A DNA stretch of 64,000 bases, taken from an uncultured Bifidobacterium sp. GTDB taxonomy: Bacteria > Verrucomicrobiota > Verrucomicrobiia > Limisphaerales > JADJPG01. Numbering within the stretch: position 1 is the stretch's first letter; each line of letters starts with the position of its first letter. The position numbers and the translations under genes are program-made. The stretch lies in the NCBI GenBank assembly GCA_964491875.1, contig CAZBIC010000015.1, positions 57,856 to 121,855 of the forward strand, read 5' to 3'. Positions 29,571-38,348 of the stretch are shown here, piece after piece. A model generated the notes under the pieces. It was not told where the DNA came from. It made no database searches and saw only the letters and a program-made list of their open reading frames with translations.

Positions 29571-29671
29571 GGTTTGAAAAGCGTTATGTGTATGTGGGTC
29601 AGTGCGTGGCGTCATTACTCCGCAAACCGTGGACTGCGTCAAATGACAACACGCTGAATCTTCGCGGCCGT

Positions 29672-31018
29672 TCAACCCATCCGCTGAAGCGCCGCGTCCA
29701 GTCGATGAAGCGTCTTCTCTTTGCCGATGATCGCGATGAGGTGATACAAGCTCGGACCGGAAGTGTTGCCCGTGCACGCCAGCCGCGTGGGATGCACCAA
29801 TACGCCGTTCTTCACCCCCAACTCCTTCGCTGTGGCGGCGAGAGCGGCGCCGACACTGTCAGCGTCAAACGAACTGAGATTCGCAAACGCCTCCCGCAAC
29901 TTCGCGACCCTCGGTTTGTTCTCAGGCACGAAATCCTTCTTTGCCGCTTCAGCGTCATAAACCACTTCGTCTCGAAAATAGAACCCGGCGTACGTGGGCA
30001 ATTCGCCGAACGTCTTCACCTTGCCCTTGCAGGTATCCAACGCCGACTTCACATAATCGACCGGATACTTGTTCGTATCCACGCCCGCCTTCGCCAGCGC
30101 GTGGACTCCCAGCTCCCGGAATCGATCGTCCGTGATGTCGCGCAAATACTCGCCGTTCAGCCAGTTCAACTTCTCCAGATCGAACTTCGCGTTGTGCCGG
30201 AGAATCTGCGGCAGATCGAACAGCTCGACGACTTCGTTCATCGCCATTTTCTCGCGATTGTTTTTAGGCGACCAGCCGAGCAGGCAGAGGTAATTCAAGA
30301 CCGCCTCCGGCGCGTAGCCATTCTCGGAGTAATGCGCGAGGGACGCCCCCGTGTCGCGCTTGCTCATCTTGCTGCCGTCCTGATTCAAGATCAGCGGAAT
30401 GTGCGCGTAATGCGGGGGCTTCACTCCAAACGCGTTAAAGAGCGCGATGTGCTTCGCCGTGTTGCTCAAGTGATCTTCCCCGCGGATGACATGAGTGATG
30501 CCCATTTCCAGATCATCAATCACGTTCACAAAATGAAACACCGGTTGGCCATCCGAACGCACAATGACAAAGTCAGGGTCCACCGCCTCACGATCCGTCA
30601 GCTCCCGTTTCACATCCCCGACCACCAGATCCGGAATCAAGATCGCTTCGCGCTGCATCTTGAATTTGATCGCGCCGTCATGCTCGTAAGCAAGCCCCCG
30701 GGACAACAACGCCTCCACGCGACGCTGGTAATTCTCGCGTCGCTGGCTTTGGAAATACGGCCCGCGATCGCCCTTGCTCGGCCCCGTCGCGTCACCCGAG
30801 ATTGGACCCTCGTCCCACTCCAGCCCCAGCCAGCGCAGCCCCTGCAAAATGACGTCCACCGCCTCCTGAGAATTGCGCGCCGCATCCGTATCCTCGATTC
30901 TCAGCACGAATGTTCCGCCGGTGTGCCGCGCATAAAGCCAGTTGAACAACGCAGTGCGGGCACCGCCGATGTGGAGGTATCCGGTCGGACTTGGAGCGAA
31001 ACGGACGCGAACTTTCAT
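29672..31018 (-). CDS. gltX: Glutamate--tRNA ligase
   Basis: RFAPSPTG.LHIGG, LRIEDTD, IRGEDH and KMSKR motifs; start MKVRVR. Confidence 0.96.
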   Translation of the reverse strand: MKVRVRFAPSPTGYLHIGGARTALFNWLYARHTGGTFVLRIEDTDAARNSQEAVDVILQGLRWLGLEWDEGPISGDATGPSKGDRGPYFQSQRRENYQRRVEALLSRGLAYEHDGAIKFKMQREAILIPDLVVGDVKRELTDREAVDPDFVIVRSDGQPVFHFVNVIDDLEMGITHVIRGEDHLSNTAKHIALFNAFGVKPPHYAHIPLILNQDGSKMSKRDTGASLAHYSENGYAPEAVLNYLCLLGWSPKNNREKMAMNEVVELFDLPQILRHNAKFDLEKLNWLNGEYLRDITDDRFRELGVHALAKAGVDTNKYPVDYVKSALDTCKGKVKTFGELPTYAGFYFRDEVVYDAEAAKKDFVPENKPRVAKLREAFANLSSFDADSVGAALAATAKELGVKNGVLVHPTRLACTGNTSGPSLYHLIAIIGKEKTLHRLDAALQRMG

Positions 31019-31162
31019 GTCAGATGATTTAATGTTCAAAACGAGGCACTTCGAATTTGAGAACGCACGATAGCGCCCGTGAACAAACGGTGGCAAGCCT
31101 CCCGCACCGAAGAAACTTCCCTGCGAAAACTGACCGCGCGACGCTCCATTCCAAAATAAAAG

Positions 31163-31192
31163 TTGCGCTACTTCAATTTCGCAACCTATAGT
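31163..31192 (+). promoter_or_regulatory. Sigma-70-type promoter of tRNA-Met
   Basis: TTGCGC-N18-TATAGT preceded by an A-rich tract, 13 nt before the tRNA. Confidence 0.5.
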
Positions 31193-31205
31193 CCCGAACC
31201 TTGAT

Positions 31206-31282
31206 CGCGGGGTGGAGCAGCCTGGTAGCTCGTCAGGCTCATAACCTGAAGGCCGTGGGTTCAAATCCCACCCCCGCAACCA
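31206..31282 (+). tRNA. tRNA-Met(CAT), initiator type
   Basis: CGCGGGG acceptor with C1:A72 mismatch, anticodon loop CTCATAA, GGTTCAAATCC T-arm and encoded CCA. Confidence 0.97.
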
Positions 31283-31288
31283 ATTTCC

Positions 31289-31323
31289 GGCCCTGAAATG
31301 AAAATTTCAGGGCCTTCTCGTTT
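31289..31323. terminator. Hairpin/terminator after the tRNA, convergent with the czc operon
   Basis: ggccctgaaat-gaaa-atttcagggcc followed by a T-rich stretch. Confidence 0.7.
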
Positions 31324-31389
31324 AATTCATCAGAAACCGACGGGTTGAGCTCTTTCCACCGGGCTAAGCCCTCAGGCGATGGCAAAACG

Positions 31390-31845
31390 TCAGTGATCGC
31401 AAGTGCAAGCATACTCCGCGCGTTTGCATCCACCACAGTGGTTCAAGTCGAGCTTGAACCGGAGGTTCAAAGGCTTCGCGTCGGCGGTCTGCTTGAATTG
31501 AACCACCACGTTGTAACCGTCCCCGCCGGGCAGCTTTGTCTTGCTCACCAGTGAATCGCCCTTCTTTTCAAATTCGACCTTCACCTTGCCCGACTTCGCA
31601 TCGGCAATCACCGTGACATTCTGCGTGGTGGCGGCGACCGGCTTCAGGTCGTGGTTGTAAAAATGGATGGTGACGCTGCGATCCTTCTCCACGACGAACT
31701 CAGCATGTGGTTCCGTCTTGTCCAGCAACCGACCACCCTTCGGCGTAGCCTTGTGGGCATGGTCGTGCTTGTCCGATGCAGCGGCAGTGAATAACCCGAC
31801 GCACAGTGCGCCGGCCAGAGTGAGGAGACGGAGGGTAGTTTTCAT
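31390..31845 (-). CDS. Periplasmic putative metal-binding protein
   Basis: Signal peptide, HDHAH, TPKGGR, HAEFV and C-terminal HCGGCKRAEYACTCDH; starts 1 nt after the czcA stop. Confidence 0.8.
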   Translation of the reverse strand: MKTTLRLLTLAGALCVGLFTAAASDKHDHAHKATPKGGRLLDKTEPHAEFVVEKDRSVTIHFYNHDLKPVAATTQNVTVIADAKSGKVKVEFEKKGDSLVSKTKLPGGDGYNVVVQFKQTADAKPLNLRFKLDLNHCGGCKRAEYACTCDH

Positions 31846-31846
31846 T

Positions 31847-34800
31847 CTATTTGTTTATTGATTGGGGAGCCTGTGTTGATTCCTGTTCAGCCGACTTGGA
31901 AAACCTTCCCTCCAACCACTCGTAAAGCGTCGGCAGCAGCACGAGCGTGAGGAACGTGGAAGAAATAATGCCGCCGATGACCACGGTAGCGAGCGGGCGT
32001 TGCACTTCCGCGCCTGCACCGCTTGCAATCGCCATTGGCACGAAGCCAAGACTCGCGACGAGCGCTGTCATCAACTTCGGTCGAAGCCGCAGCAGCGAAC
32101 CGTCCCACACGGCGGTGCGCAGATCTGCGCCGCGTTCACGGAGCTGGTTGAAGAACGTGACAATCATCAAGCCGTTGAGCACCGCAATGCCGCTCAAGGC
32201 AATGAATCCAACCGCCGCGCTGATGCTGAACGGCAAATCGCGCAGCCAGAGGGCAAATACACCGCCAGTGGCCGCCAGCGGCACGCACAAGCTGATGAGC
32301 AACGTCTGACGCACACTGCGGAAAGTGAACCAAATCAGCATGAGAATCAGCGCGAGCGCCGCGGGCACGACCACCGTGAGGCGCTTCTTCGCTTCGATGA
32401 GGTTCTTGAACTGCCCGCCGAACTCCACCGCGTAGCCGGCGGGAAGTTCGAGTCCGCCCGCGATCTTTTCCTGCGCTTCACGCACGAAGCTTTCGATGTC
32501 GCGCCCGCGCAAATTCACGAGCACTGCAGCGCGGCGTTGACCGTACTCGCGGGTGATGGCCGCGACGGTCTCGCCCATGCGCAGCTCCGCCACGCTGCCC
32601 AGCGGCAGCAATCCGCCTTCGCCCACGCGAACAGGCAGGCGTTTCAACTCCTCCACACGATTGCGGTTACGTTCTGCGAGCCGCACTGTCACCGGCGAGC
32701 GCCGATTGCCTTCGACAATCGCGCCCAACTCATCGCCTGCGAGCGCGTGTTTCACCACGCTGTTGATCTCGGCCGCGTGCAGATTGTAACGCCCCATCGC
32801 ATCGCGACGCGGAATGATTTCCAGCAAGGGAGTCTTGCCAAGGGCATCGAACTGCACGTCTGCCGCACCTGGGATCTTTTCAAGAATCTCCTTCGCCTTG
32901 GTTCCCAGTTCCTGCATCACACCAAAATCATCGCCGACGATCTTCACCGCCAGATCAGCGCGCGTGCCTTCCAGAATCTCATTGAAACGCATCTCGATGG
33001 GCTGGCTGAACAAGTGCGCCTCACCCGGCACATGCAGACCCAGCTCGCGCGTCATGAGATTGGCCAGTTCATCCTTCGTCACCGGGCGGCCATTGACCGT
33101 TCGCCACTCCTTCCTCGGTTTGAGCATCATGTAAGTGTCAGCCACGTTCACCCCCATCGGATCAGTCGCGATCTCCGCCGTGCCCAGCCGCGCAAAGGTG
33201 TAGAGCACTTCCGGGAACTTCTGCAGGATCACCTTCTCGCCGCGCTTCTGCATTTCGATACTTTCGTCGATGCCGATGCTCGTCACGCGAATGAAGTGCG
33301 TGGCAAACGAACCCTCATCAAGCTGAGGCACGAACTCCGCACCCAGCCGCTGATACGTCACAAGCGCCAGCGCGAACAATCCGACGCCGACCGCCACGAC
33401 CACCACGCGGTTGCGCAATGCGAAACCCAGCACCGGTCGATAAACAACCTTCGCGAGCCGCACGAGCCAGGTGTCATCTTCCTCACTGTGGAATCCGGGG
33501 GCCGAACTCGCCCCTTCCGGAGCGGGAGATTTCCTGCCGCCTCCCAGCCACGCCACGCACAACGCGGGCATTAACGACAGGGCAATGACCAGCGAACCCA
33601 CGAGCGCAAAGATCACCGTAATGGCCATCGGCCGGAACATTTTCCCTTCGATGCCGGTCAGAGCGAGGATTGGCACATAGACCACCGTGATGATGAGCAC
33701 GCCAAAGAACATCGGGTTCACGACCTCCCGCGCGCCAGCGAGCACTTCGTTTACCCGCTCGACCAGCGTCAGTCGACGACCCAGCGCGCGCTGACGATCC
33801 ATCAGGTGGCGGAGAATGTTTTCGACCATCACCACTGAGCCGTCCACGATGAGACCGAAGTCGATCGCTCCCAGGCTCATCAGGTTTCCCGAGACCCTGC
33901 CCTGCACCATGCCAGTCATCGCAAACAGCAAAGACAGCGGAATAGCCAGCGCGACGATGACGGCGGCGCGCCAGTTGCCGAGCATCAGGAAAAGGATCAC
34001 CACCACCATTACCGCTCCCTCGAACAAACTTTTCTCGACGGTCCAGATCGTCGAATCGACCAACACCGTGCGGTCATAGACCGGCTTGATGACCACGCCG
34101 TCCGGGAGCTTGGTCTGGATCTCCTTCAAGCGCTCGCCGACCGCGCGCGCGACGATCCGGCTGTTGTCACCCGCGAGCATCAATGCCGCGCCGAGCACCA
34201 CCTCCTCACCGTTGTAAGTCGCCGCGCCCGTCCGCACTGCGCGGCCAATCGCCACCTCCGCGACATCACGCACCAGAATGGGCGCCACACCCGCGCCGAA
34301 CTTCAGCGGGAGAGCGGCAATCTCTTCCAGCGACTGCACGCGGCCCGCCGCACGGATGGAGACCGATTCTCCACCCACCTGAATCACGCTGCCGCCAGCA
34401 TTCTCCAGGTTCTCGGCAATGACGGCGGCCACTTCGCCGAAGGTCAGTCCGACGCTGCGCAACTTCTGAGGGTCCGGCTGGACCACGAATTGTTTGTCGT
34501 ATCCGCCGCTGGCGTTGACCTCCGCGAGCCCGGGCGTGGAGCGCAGGCGGGGCTTCACCAGAAGATCGTGAATCTGCTTCAGCTCCATTAACTGCGCATC
34601 CCGGGTCGGCGGCTTGTTCGTGGCGGCCGAGTCATACTCGACCACGTAGTAAAAAATTTCCCCAAGTCCCGTGCTGATTGGCGCGAGCTTCGGAGCGACC
34701 CCGGATGGCAATTCCTCCATCGCATTCTGCAACCGCTCGCTGACGAGTTGCCGCGCGCGATAGATGTCCGTGCCGTCCTTGAAGACAAGCGTCACCTGCG

Positions 34801-35071
34801 ACAATCCAAATCGCGACAGCGAACGCAGCTCCGTCACGCCCGCGATTCCGCCCATCTCCGTCTCAATCGGAAAGGTGACCAGCTTTTCAATCTCCTCCGG
34901 CGCGAGTGCCGGAACCTGGGTGTTGATTTGGACCTGGACGTTGGTGATATCCGGAACCGCGTCAATCGGCAGCCGCAGCGCCGACCACACGCCCACGCCG
35001 GCGAGAATAAACGTCGCGAAGAAAATTAAACTCCGCTGACGAACGGAGAGTTCAAGAAGACGGTTCAGCAT
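31847..35071 (-). CDS. czcA: CzcA/CusA family heavy-metal efflux RND permease
   Basis: LPIDAVPDITNVQV, TM4 AIDFGLIVDGSVVMVEN and RLRPKLMTA motifs; 1074 aa. Confidence 0.93.
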   Translation of the reverse strand: MLNRLLELSVRQRSLIFFATFILAGVGVWSALRLPIDAVPDITNVQVQINTQVPALAPEEIEKLVTFPIETEMGGIAGVTELRSLSRFGLSQVTLVFKDGTDIYRARQLVSERLQNAMEELPSGVAPKLAPISTGLGEIFYYVVEYDSAATNKPPTRDAQLMELKQIHDLLVKPRLRSTPGLAEVNASGGYDKQFVVQPDPQKLRSVGLTFGEVAAVIAENLENAGGSVIQVGGESVSIRAAGRVQSLEEIAALPLKFGAGVAPILVRDVAEVAIGRAVRTGAATYNGEEVVLGAALMLAGDNSRIVARAVGERLKEIQTKLPDGVVIKPVYDRTVLVDSTIWTVEKSLFEGAVMVVVILFLMLGNWRAAVIVALAIPLSLLFAMTGMVQGRVSGNLMSLGAIDFGLIVDGSVVMVENILRHLMDRQRALGRRLTLVERVNEVLAGAREVVNPMFFGVLIITVVYVPILALTGIEGKMFRPMAITVIFALVGSLVIALSLMPALCVAWLGGGRKSPAPEGASSAPGFHSEEDDTWLVRLAKVVYRPVLGFALRNRVVVVAVGVGLFALALVTYQRLGAEFVPQLDEGSFATHFIRVTSIGIDESIEMQKRGEKVILQKFPEVLYTFARLGTAEIATDPMGVNVADTYMMLKPRKEWRTVNGRPVTKDELANLMTRELGLHVPGEAHLFSQPIEMRFNEILEGTRADLAVKIVGDDFGVMQELGTKAKEILEKIPGAADVQFDALGKTPLLEIIPRRDAMGRYNLHAAEINSVVKHALAGDELGAIVEGNRRSPVTVRLAERNRNRVEELKRLPVRVGEGGLLPLGSVAELRMGETVAAITREYGQRRAAVLVNLRGRDIESFVREAQEKIAGGLELPAGYAVEFGGQFKNLIEAKKRLTVVVPAALALILMLIWFTFRSVRQTLLISLCVPLAATGGVFALWLRDLPFSISAAVGFIALSGIAVLNGLMIVTFFNQLRERGADLRTAVWDGSLLRLRPKLMTALVASLGFVPMAIASGAGAEVQRPLATVVIGGIISSTFLTLVLLPTLYEWLEGRFSKSAEQESTQAPQSINK

Positions 35072-35074
35072 GGC

Positions 35075-35893
35075 TCAGCCCTTCCCCTTCTTCGGTGGCG
35101 CGGGACAACAACCCTGGCCGCCCTTTTGCGCACGCAATTCGACGAGCCAGAGATCCATCGCGCCGCGGGTCACCACGCGATCGCCCGCCAGCAGGCCATC
35201 CGTGATTTCGATTAACCCCTCCGAATTCGCCCCCAACTCGACCCAGGTGAGCAAGAAGGCATCACCGTTAACGGCATACACCAGGTTTCCGGTCGAACCG
35301 TGGATGACCGCCTCGCGCGGCACCACGAGCACCTCTCTTTCACCCGGCACCGACAGAGTGACATCAGCGAACTCTCCGGAAATCAGCGCAGACAAGTCGC
35401 CACGAAGCGCAACGATGATTTCCGCGTCATCGTCCATCAGCGGCCTGGTGATTTGCTGAACTTCACCAGTGACCAACGAACCAGAGCGGGTCACGAGTCG
35501 GGCTGGCAGTCCGGGGCGCAAAACGTTCGCGTCGTTCGTGGATACCGTGCCCAAGACCAGCAACCCGGCGGGATTCACCCCATCCGCTGCGCCGAACACC
35601 CGGCCCACGAACCGCACTTCACGGGGCAACTTCCGTTCGCTGACTTCCACCGTCTGAATGCCCAGCAACTTGCTCGTCTCCTCCAACAACATGATGCCTT
35701 TGCCGTCTTTGTGCGTCGCTCCACTGAACGATTCGGCATCGTCGCCATGACTGTGACCATGACCGCCACCGTGGCCATGATCCGCCTCGCCATGATGATG
35801 ATCGTGACCATCACCTTCCTTGTGTCCGCAACCCGCCAGCGCGAGAACCAGCGTGAACACGAAGGCCGAAATGGTCGTGAGAGAGGGTTTCAT
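35075..35893 (-). CDS. Short His-rich RND periplasmic adaptor lipoprotein (CzcB-like)
   Basis: Lipobox LAGC, His tract, and VVPREAV..VELG..EITDGL.AGDRVV.RGA C-terminal MFP motifs. Confidence 0.85.
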   Translation of the reverse strand: MKPSLTTISAFVFTLVLALAGCGHKEGDGHDHHHGEADHGHGGGHGHSHGDDAESFSGATHKDGKGIMLLEETSKLLGIQTVEVSERKLPREVRFVGRVFGAADGVNPAGLLVLGTVSTNDANVLRPGLPARLVTRSGSLVTGEVQQITRPLMDDDAEIIVALRGDLSALISGEFADVTLSVPGEREVLVVPREAVIHGSTGNLVYAVNGDAFLLTWVELGANSEGLIEITDGLLAGDRVVTRGAMDLWLVELRAQKGGQGCCPAPPKKGKG

Positions 35894-37218
35894 TTCGTGT
35901 TCTCCTTTGCAACCACGCCCACCGGCAACAGAGGCAGGCCGGTCAGAAGTTCGAGTTGTCCCGCCGCCTCGACCGCTTCCTTGCGGGCGTCGAGCAGCGC
36001 CTCGACGGCCTCGACGTATTGCCGCTGCAACTCGACGTAGGTGGCCAACGGCACCGCACCGAGCCGGTAGTGGCGGTCGGCCAGCTCCGCCGCCTCCTGG
36101 AAATGCGGAATGGCGTCAGGCCGCAATTTGGCCAGCACACCCAGAGCGTGCTCATACTTGTGCCGGTAGTCGGCCACGTCGCGTTCCAGGCGGCGGCGCG
36201 CGGATTCGAGGGCAGCCTCCGCCTGCATGCGGCGGGCCTCCGCCGTATCCACCCTCGCGCGGTTGTCCTGCCAGAGAGGCAGCGGGAGGGAAACGGCCAG
36301 GCCGATGATGCGTTCGCGACCACCGGCGCGTTCCTCGCTGATGGCCGGCCCGACGGAAAAGGATGGGAACCGCTCATTGCGCGCCAGCGCCACTTTGAAT
36401 CCCTGCTGCTCGAGCTCCGCGATCCGCAGCCGCAGATCGAAATTGTTGGTCGCAGCGGCGGCATAAGCCTCCTCCAGTCCCGGCGGTGGAGGAAACTGCG
36501 GCGGTGCCTTCGCCACCTGCACCGGCACGTTCGGCGACTGCCCGCGCCAGTAATTCAATTCGATGCTCAGGTGCTCGACATCGTGCTCGGCCTCGGCGGC
36601 GGTATGCTCGGCCTTCACCGAGGAAGCTTCAATGACCCGCGTTTCGAGCAGCGGCGTCAGCCCGGCAGGATCGCGGGCGACCAGCGTATCGCGCAATTCA
36701 TTCAACCGTCCGGCGACCACACGGGTGGCGGCTGCGCGCTGCTGCGCCACGGCCAGTGCATGGGCCAGCGAGCGCACCCGGCCCGCCAACGCGGATCGGA
36801 ATTGCGCAAGCCCCAGCTGGGCGAGTTCGAGATCCCGGTTGGCAATGGCCTTCCGCAGTCCCACGCGCCCCGGCCACTCGAATGGCTGCATCAGGGACGC
36901 CGACCACGCGATGCCTTCCTCCGAAAGTCCGCCACCACGCACTGACTTCTGACCGATGCCGACGCTCAATTCAGGATTTCCGAGAGAACCCGCCGATCGA
37001 CGACCAGCCCTCGCGGCGGCAATCTCCGCCTCGTAGAATTTGACTTCGGGGTTTCGCTCCAGGGCTTCTGTCACGATGGCTTCAATCGAACGCTCCACCT
37101 CTGGCGCAGCAGGTGTGGAGGGCGTTTCGGCGGCATTCGCCCCGAACCCGGTCATCAACACCACGATTGAGGCGCACGCAGACCAGCACGGCGACTTAAA
37201 GAAAACTGTCAGCTTCAT
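35890..37218 (-). CDS. TolC-family outer membrane factor (CzcC-like)
   Basis: ALERNPE, NPELS, LPLPLWQDN and YRLGAVPLATY motifs; first structural gene of the CBA operon. Confidence 0.9.
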   Translation of the reverse strand: MKLTVFFKSPCWSACASIVVLMTGFGANAAETPSTPAAPEVERSIEAIVTEALERNPEVKFYEAEIAAARAGRRSAGSLGNPELSVGIGQKSVRGGGLSEEGIAWSASLMQPFEWPGRVGLRKAIANRDLELAQLGLAQFRSALAGRVRSLAHALAVAQQRAAATRVVAGRLNELRDTLVARDPAGLTPLLETRVIEASSVKAEHTAAEAEHDVEHLSIELNYWRGQSPNVPVQVAKAPPQFPPPPGLEEAYAAAATNNFDLRLRIAELEQQGFKVALARNERFPSFSVGPAISEERAGGRERIIGLAVSLPLPLWQDNRARVDTAEARRMQAEAALESARRRLERDVADYRHKYEHALGVLAKLRPDAIPHFQEAAELADRHYRLGAVPLATYVELQRQYVEAVEALLDARKEAVEAAGQLELLTGLPLLPVGVVAKENTK

Positions 37219-37329
37219 AATTCAGATCTACAACAGACCATTTCGGCACAGCACAACGGAACAGGGGACATCCGGACACGCCGGAGCGCGTCGGAACACG
37301 AGGGGAGTTCTCAGCAAAGGCGAGAACGA

Positions 37330-37749
37330 TTAGGAAGAGGCAGAAGGAGCGCGAGGAGGGAGAGCAGCGCGGTAAATGAATTGCCAGGAGACCGGTAGGT
37401 CTGGCGGCGCGGCAGTCAGGATGCCGAGACACACTTCAGCAGGAAGCGGGAGCGGCGCGGAAGCGGAACAAAAATCTGCGGCGGGCAGAATCGCCATTGC
37501 GGCCACCGGAACAATCTCCTGCTGGCGCGGTGACTGGTACTTCGCGAATTCGACGGCGCAACACGTGTCGTCATCCCCACAGGGTTCGCCGGAGTCTTCC
37601 GTGGAATGATGTTCGTCCGTGGAACAGCTGAAAAGTTCGAGATCGGTGAGGGCCTCGATGCGACAATGGGACATCAGCGGCACCCAGGCGAGTGCCAGCA
37701 GCAAAACCATCCATGTCCTCAACGTCCGCACGATCTGTAGATGCTTCAT
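37330..37749 (-). CDS. DUF2946/CzcI-like leader protein
   Basis: N-terminal TM with HC, Cys/His/acidic centre (CSTDEHH..CGDDDTCC) and C-terminal RAALPPRAPS. Confidence 0.7.
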   Translation of the reverse strand: MKHLQIVRTLRTWMVLLLALAWVPLMSHCRIEALTDLELFSCSTDEHHSTEDSGEPCGDDDTCCAVEFAKYQSPRQQEIVPVAAMAILPAADFCSASAPLPLPAEVCLGILTAAPPDLPVSWQFIYRAALPPRAPSASS

Positions 37750-37859
37750 GGCTGGAGATTGTTCAATGACAACTTTCGTTGTCTCCAGACAGGAGATGCT
37801 ATCGGAGGATCGTTTGGAGCGCTTGATGGGGAATTCGCGCATGCGCTCCCAGCGCGGGA

Positions 37860-38312
37860 CTACACGCTCTTTGGTCGGAGCAGGATTGCCTTCTTGCTGG
37901 TGCCCTCGACCTCAACGCTGTGGGTCTCGACCGCCGGATCATCGCGCAGCGCATTGTGAACGATTCGGCGTTCGAAGGCGTTCATGGGCTCGAGCTCCAC
38001 CACATCGCCCCACTTCCGAACCTTATCCGCAGCTTCTTGCGCGCGCTTGAGCAGCTCTTCACGAGCCTGCAGGCGATAGCCACCCACATCGACGGTAACC
38101 TTGGGCGCGTTGTTGTCGGCCTGAAAGAGCAGCCGGTTCAACAAATACTGGAGGTCGGCGAGAGTCTGGCCCTGACGGCCAATGAGCCGGCCGGAATCGT
38201 CCGTCTTCACATCGAGCAGCAAGCCTTCCTCGTGTTGGTGCTCCTCGATCTGAACCTGATAACCCATGTGATTGAGCAGTTGCTCAAGCGTCTCTTTCGG
38301 TGTGGCGGACAT
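37860..38312 (-). CDS. jag: KH + R3H RNA-binding protein Jag/EloR (short form)
   Basis: LIGRQGQTL..LQYL (KH), PMNAFERRIVH (R3H); follows yidC. Confidence 0.9.
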   Translation of the reverse strand: MSATPKETLEQLLNHMGYQVQIEEHQHEEGLLLDVKTDDSGRLIGRQGQTLADLQYLLNRLLFQADNNAPKVTVDVGGYRLQAREELLKRAQEAADKVRKWGDVVELEPMNAFERRIVHNALRDDPAVETHSVEVEGTSKKAILLRPKSV

Positions 38313-38348
38313 AATTTACTCAGGAGAAATGATGAGAGCCACGATGGC

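Noticed and set aside
31019-31279. N-terminal extension of gltX in the ORF track
   Set aside because: It overlaps the tRNA antisense (GWDLNPRPSGYEP is a tRNA shadow). The real start is MKVRVRFAPSP at 31018.
31206-37850. czc cluster as a tRNA-integrated genomic island
   Set aside because: It lies just 3' of the tRNA, but no integrase was found, no duplicate of the tRNA 3' end was seen near 37850, and composition matches the flanks.
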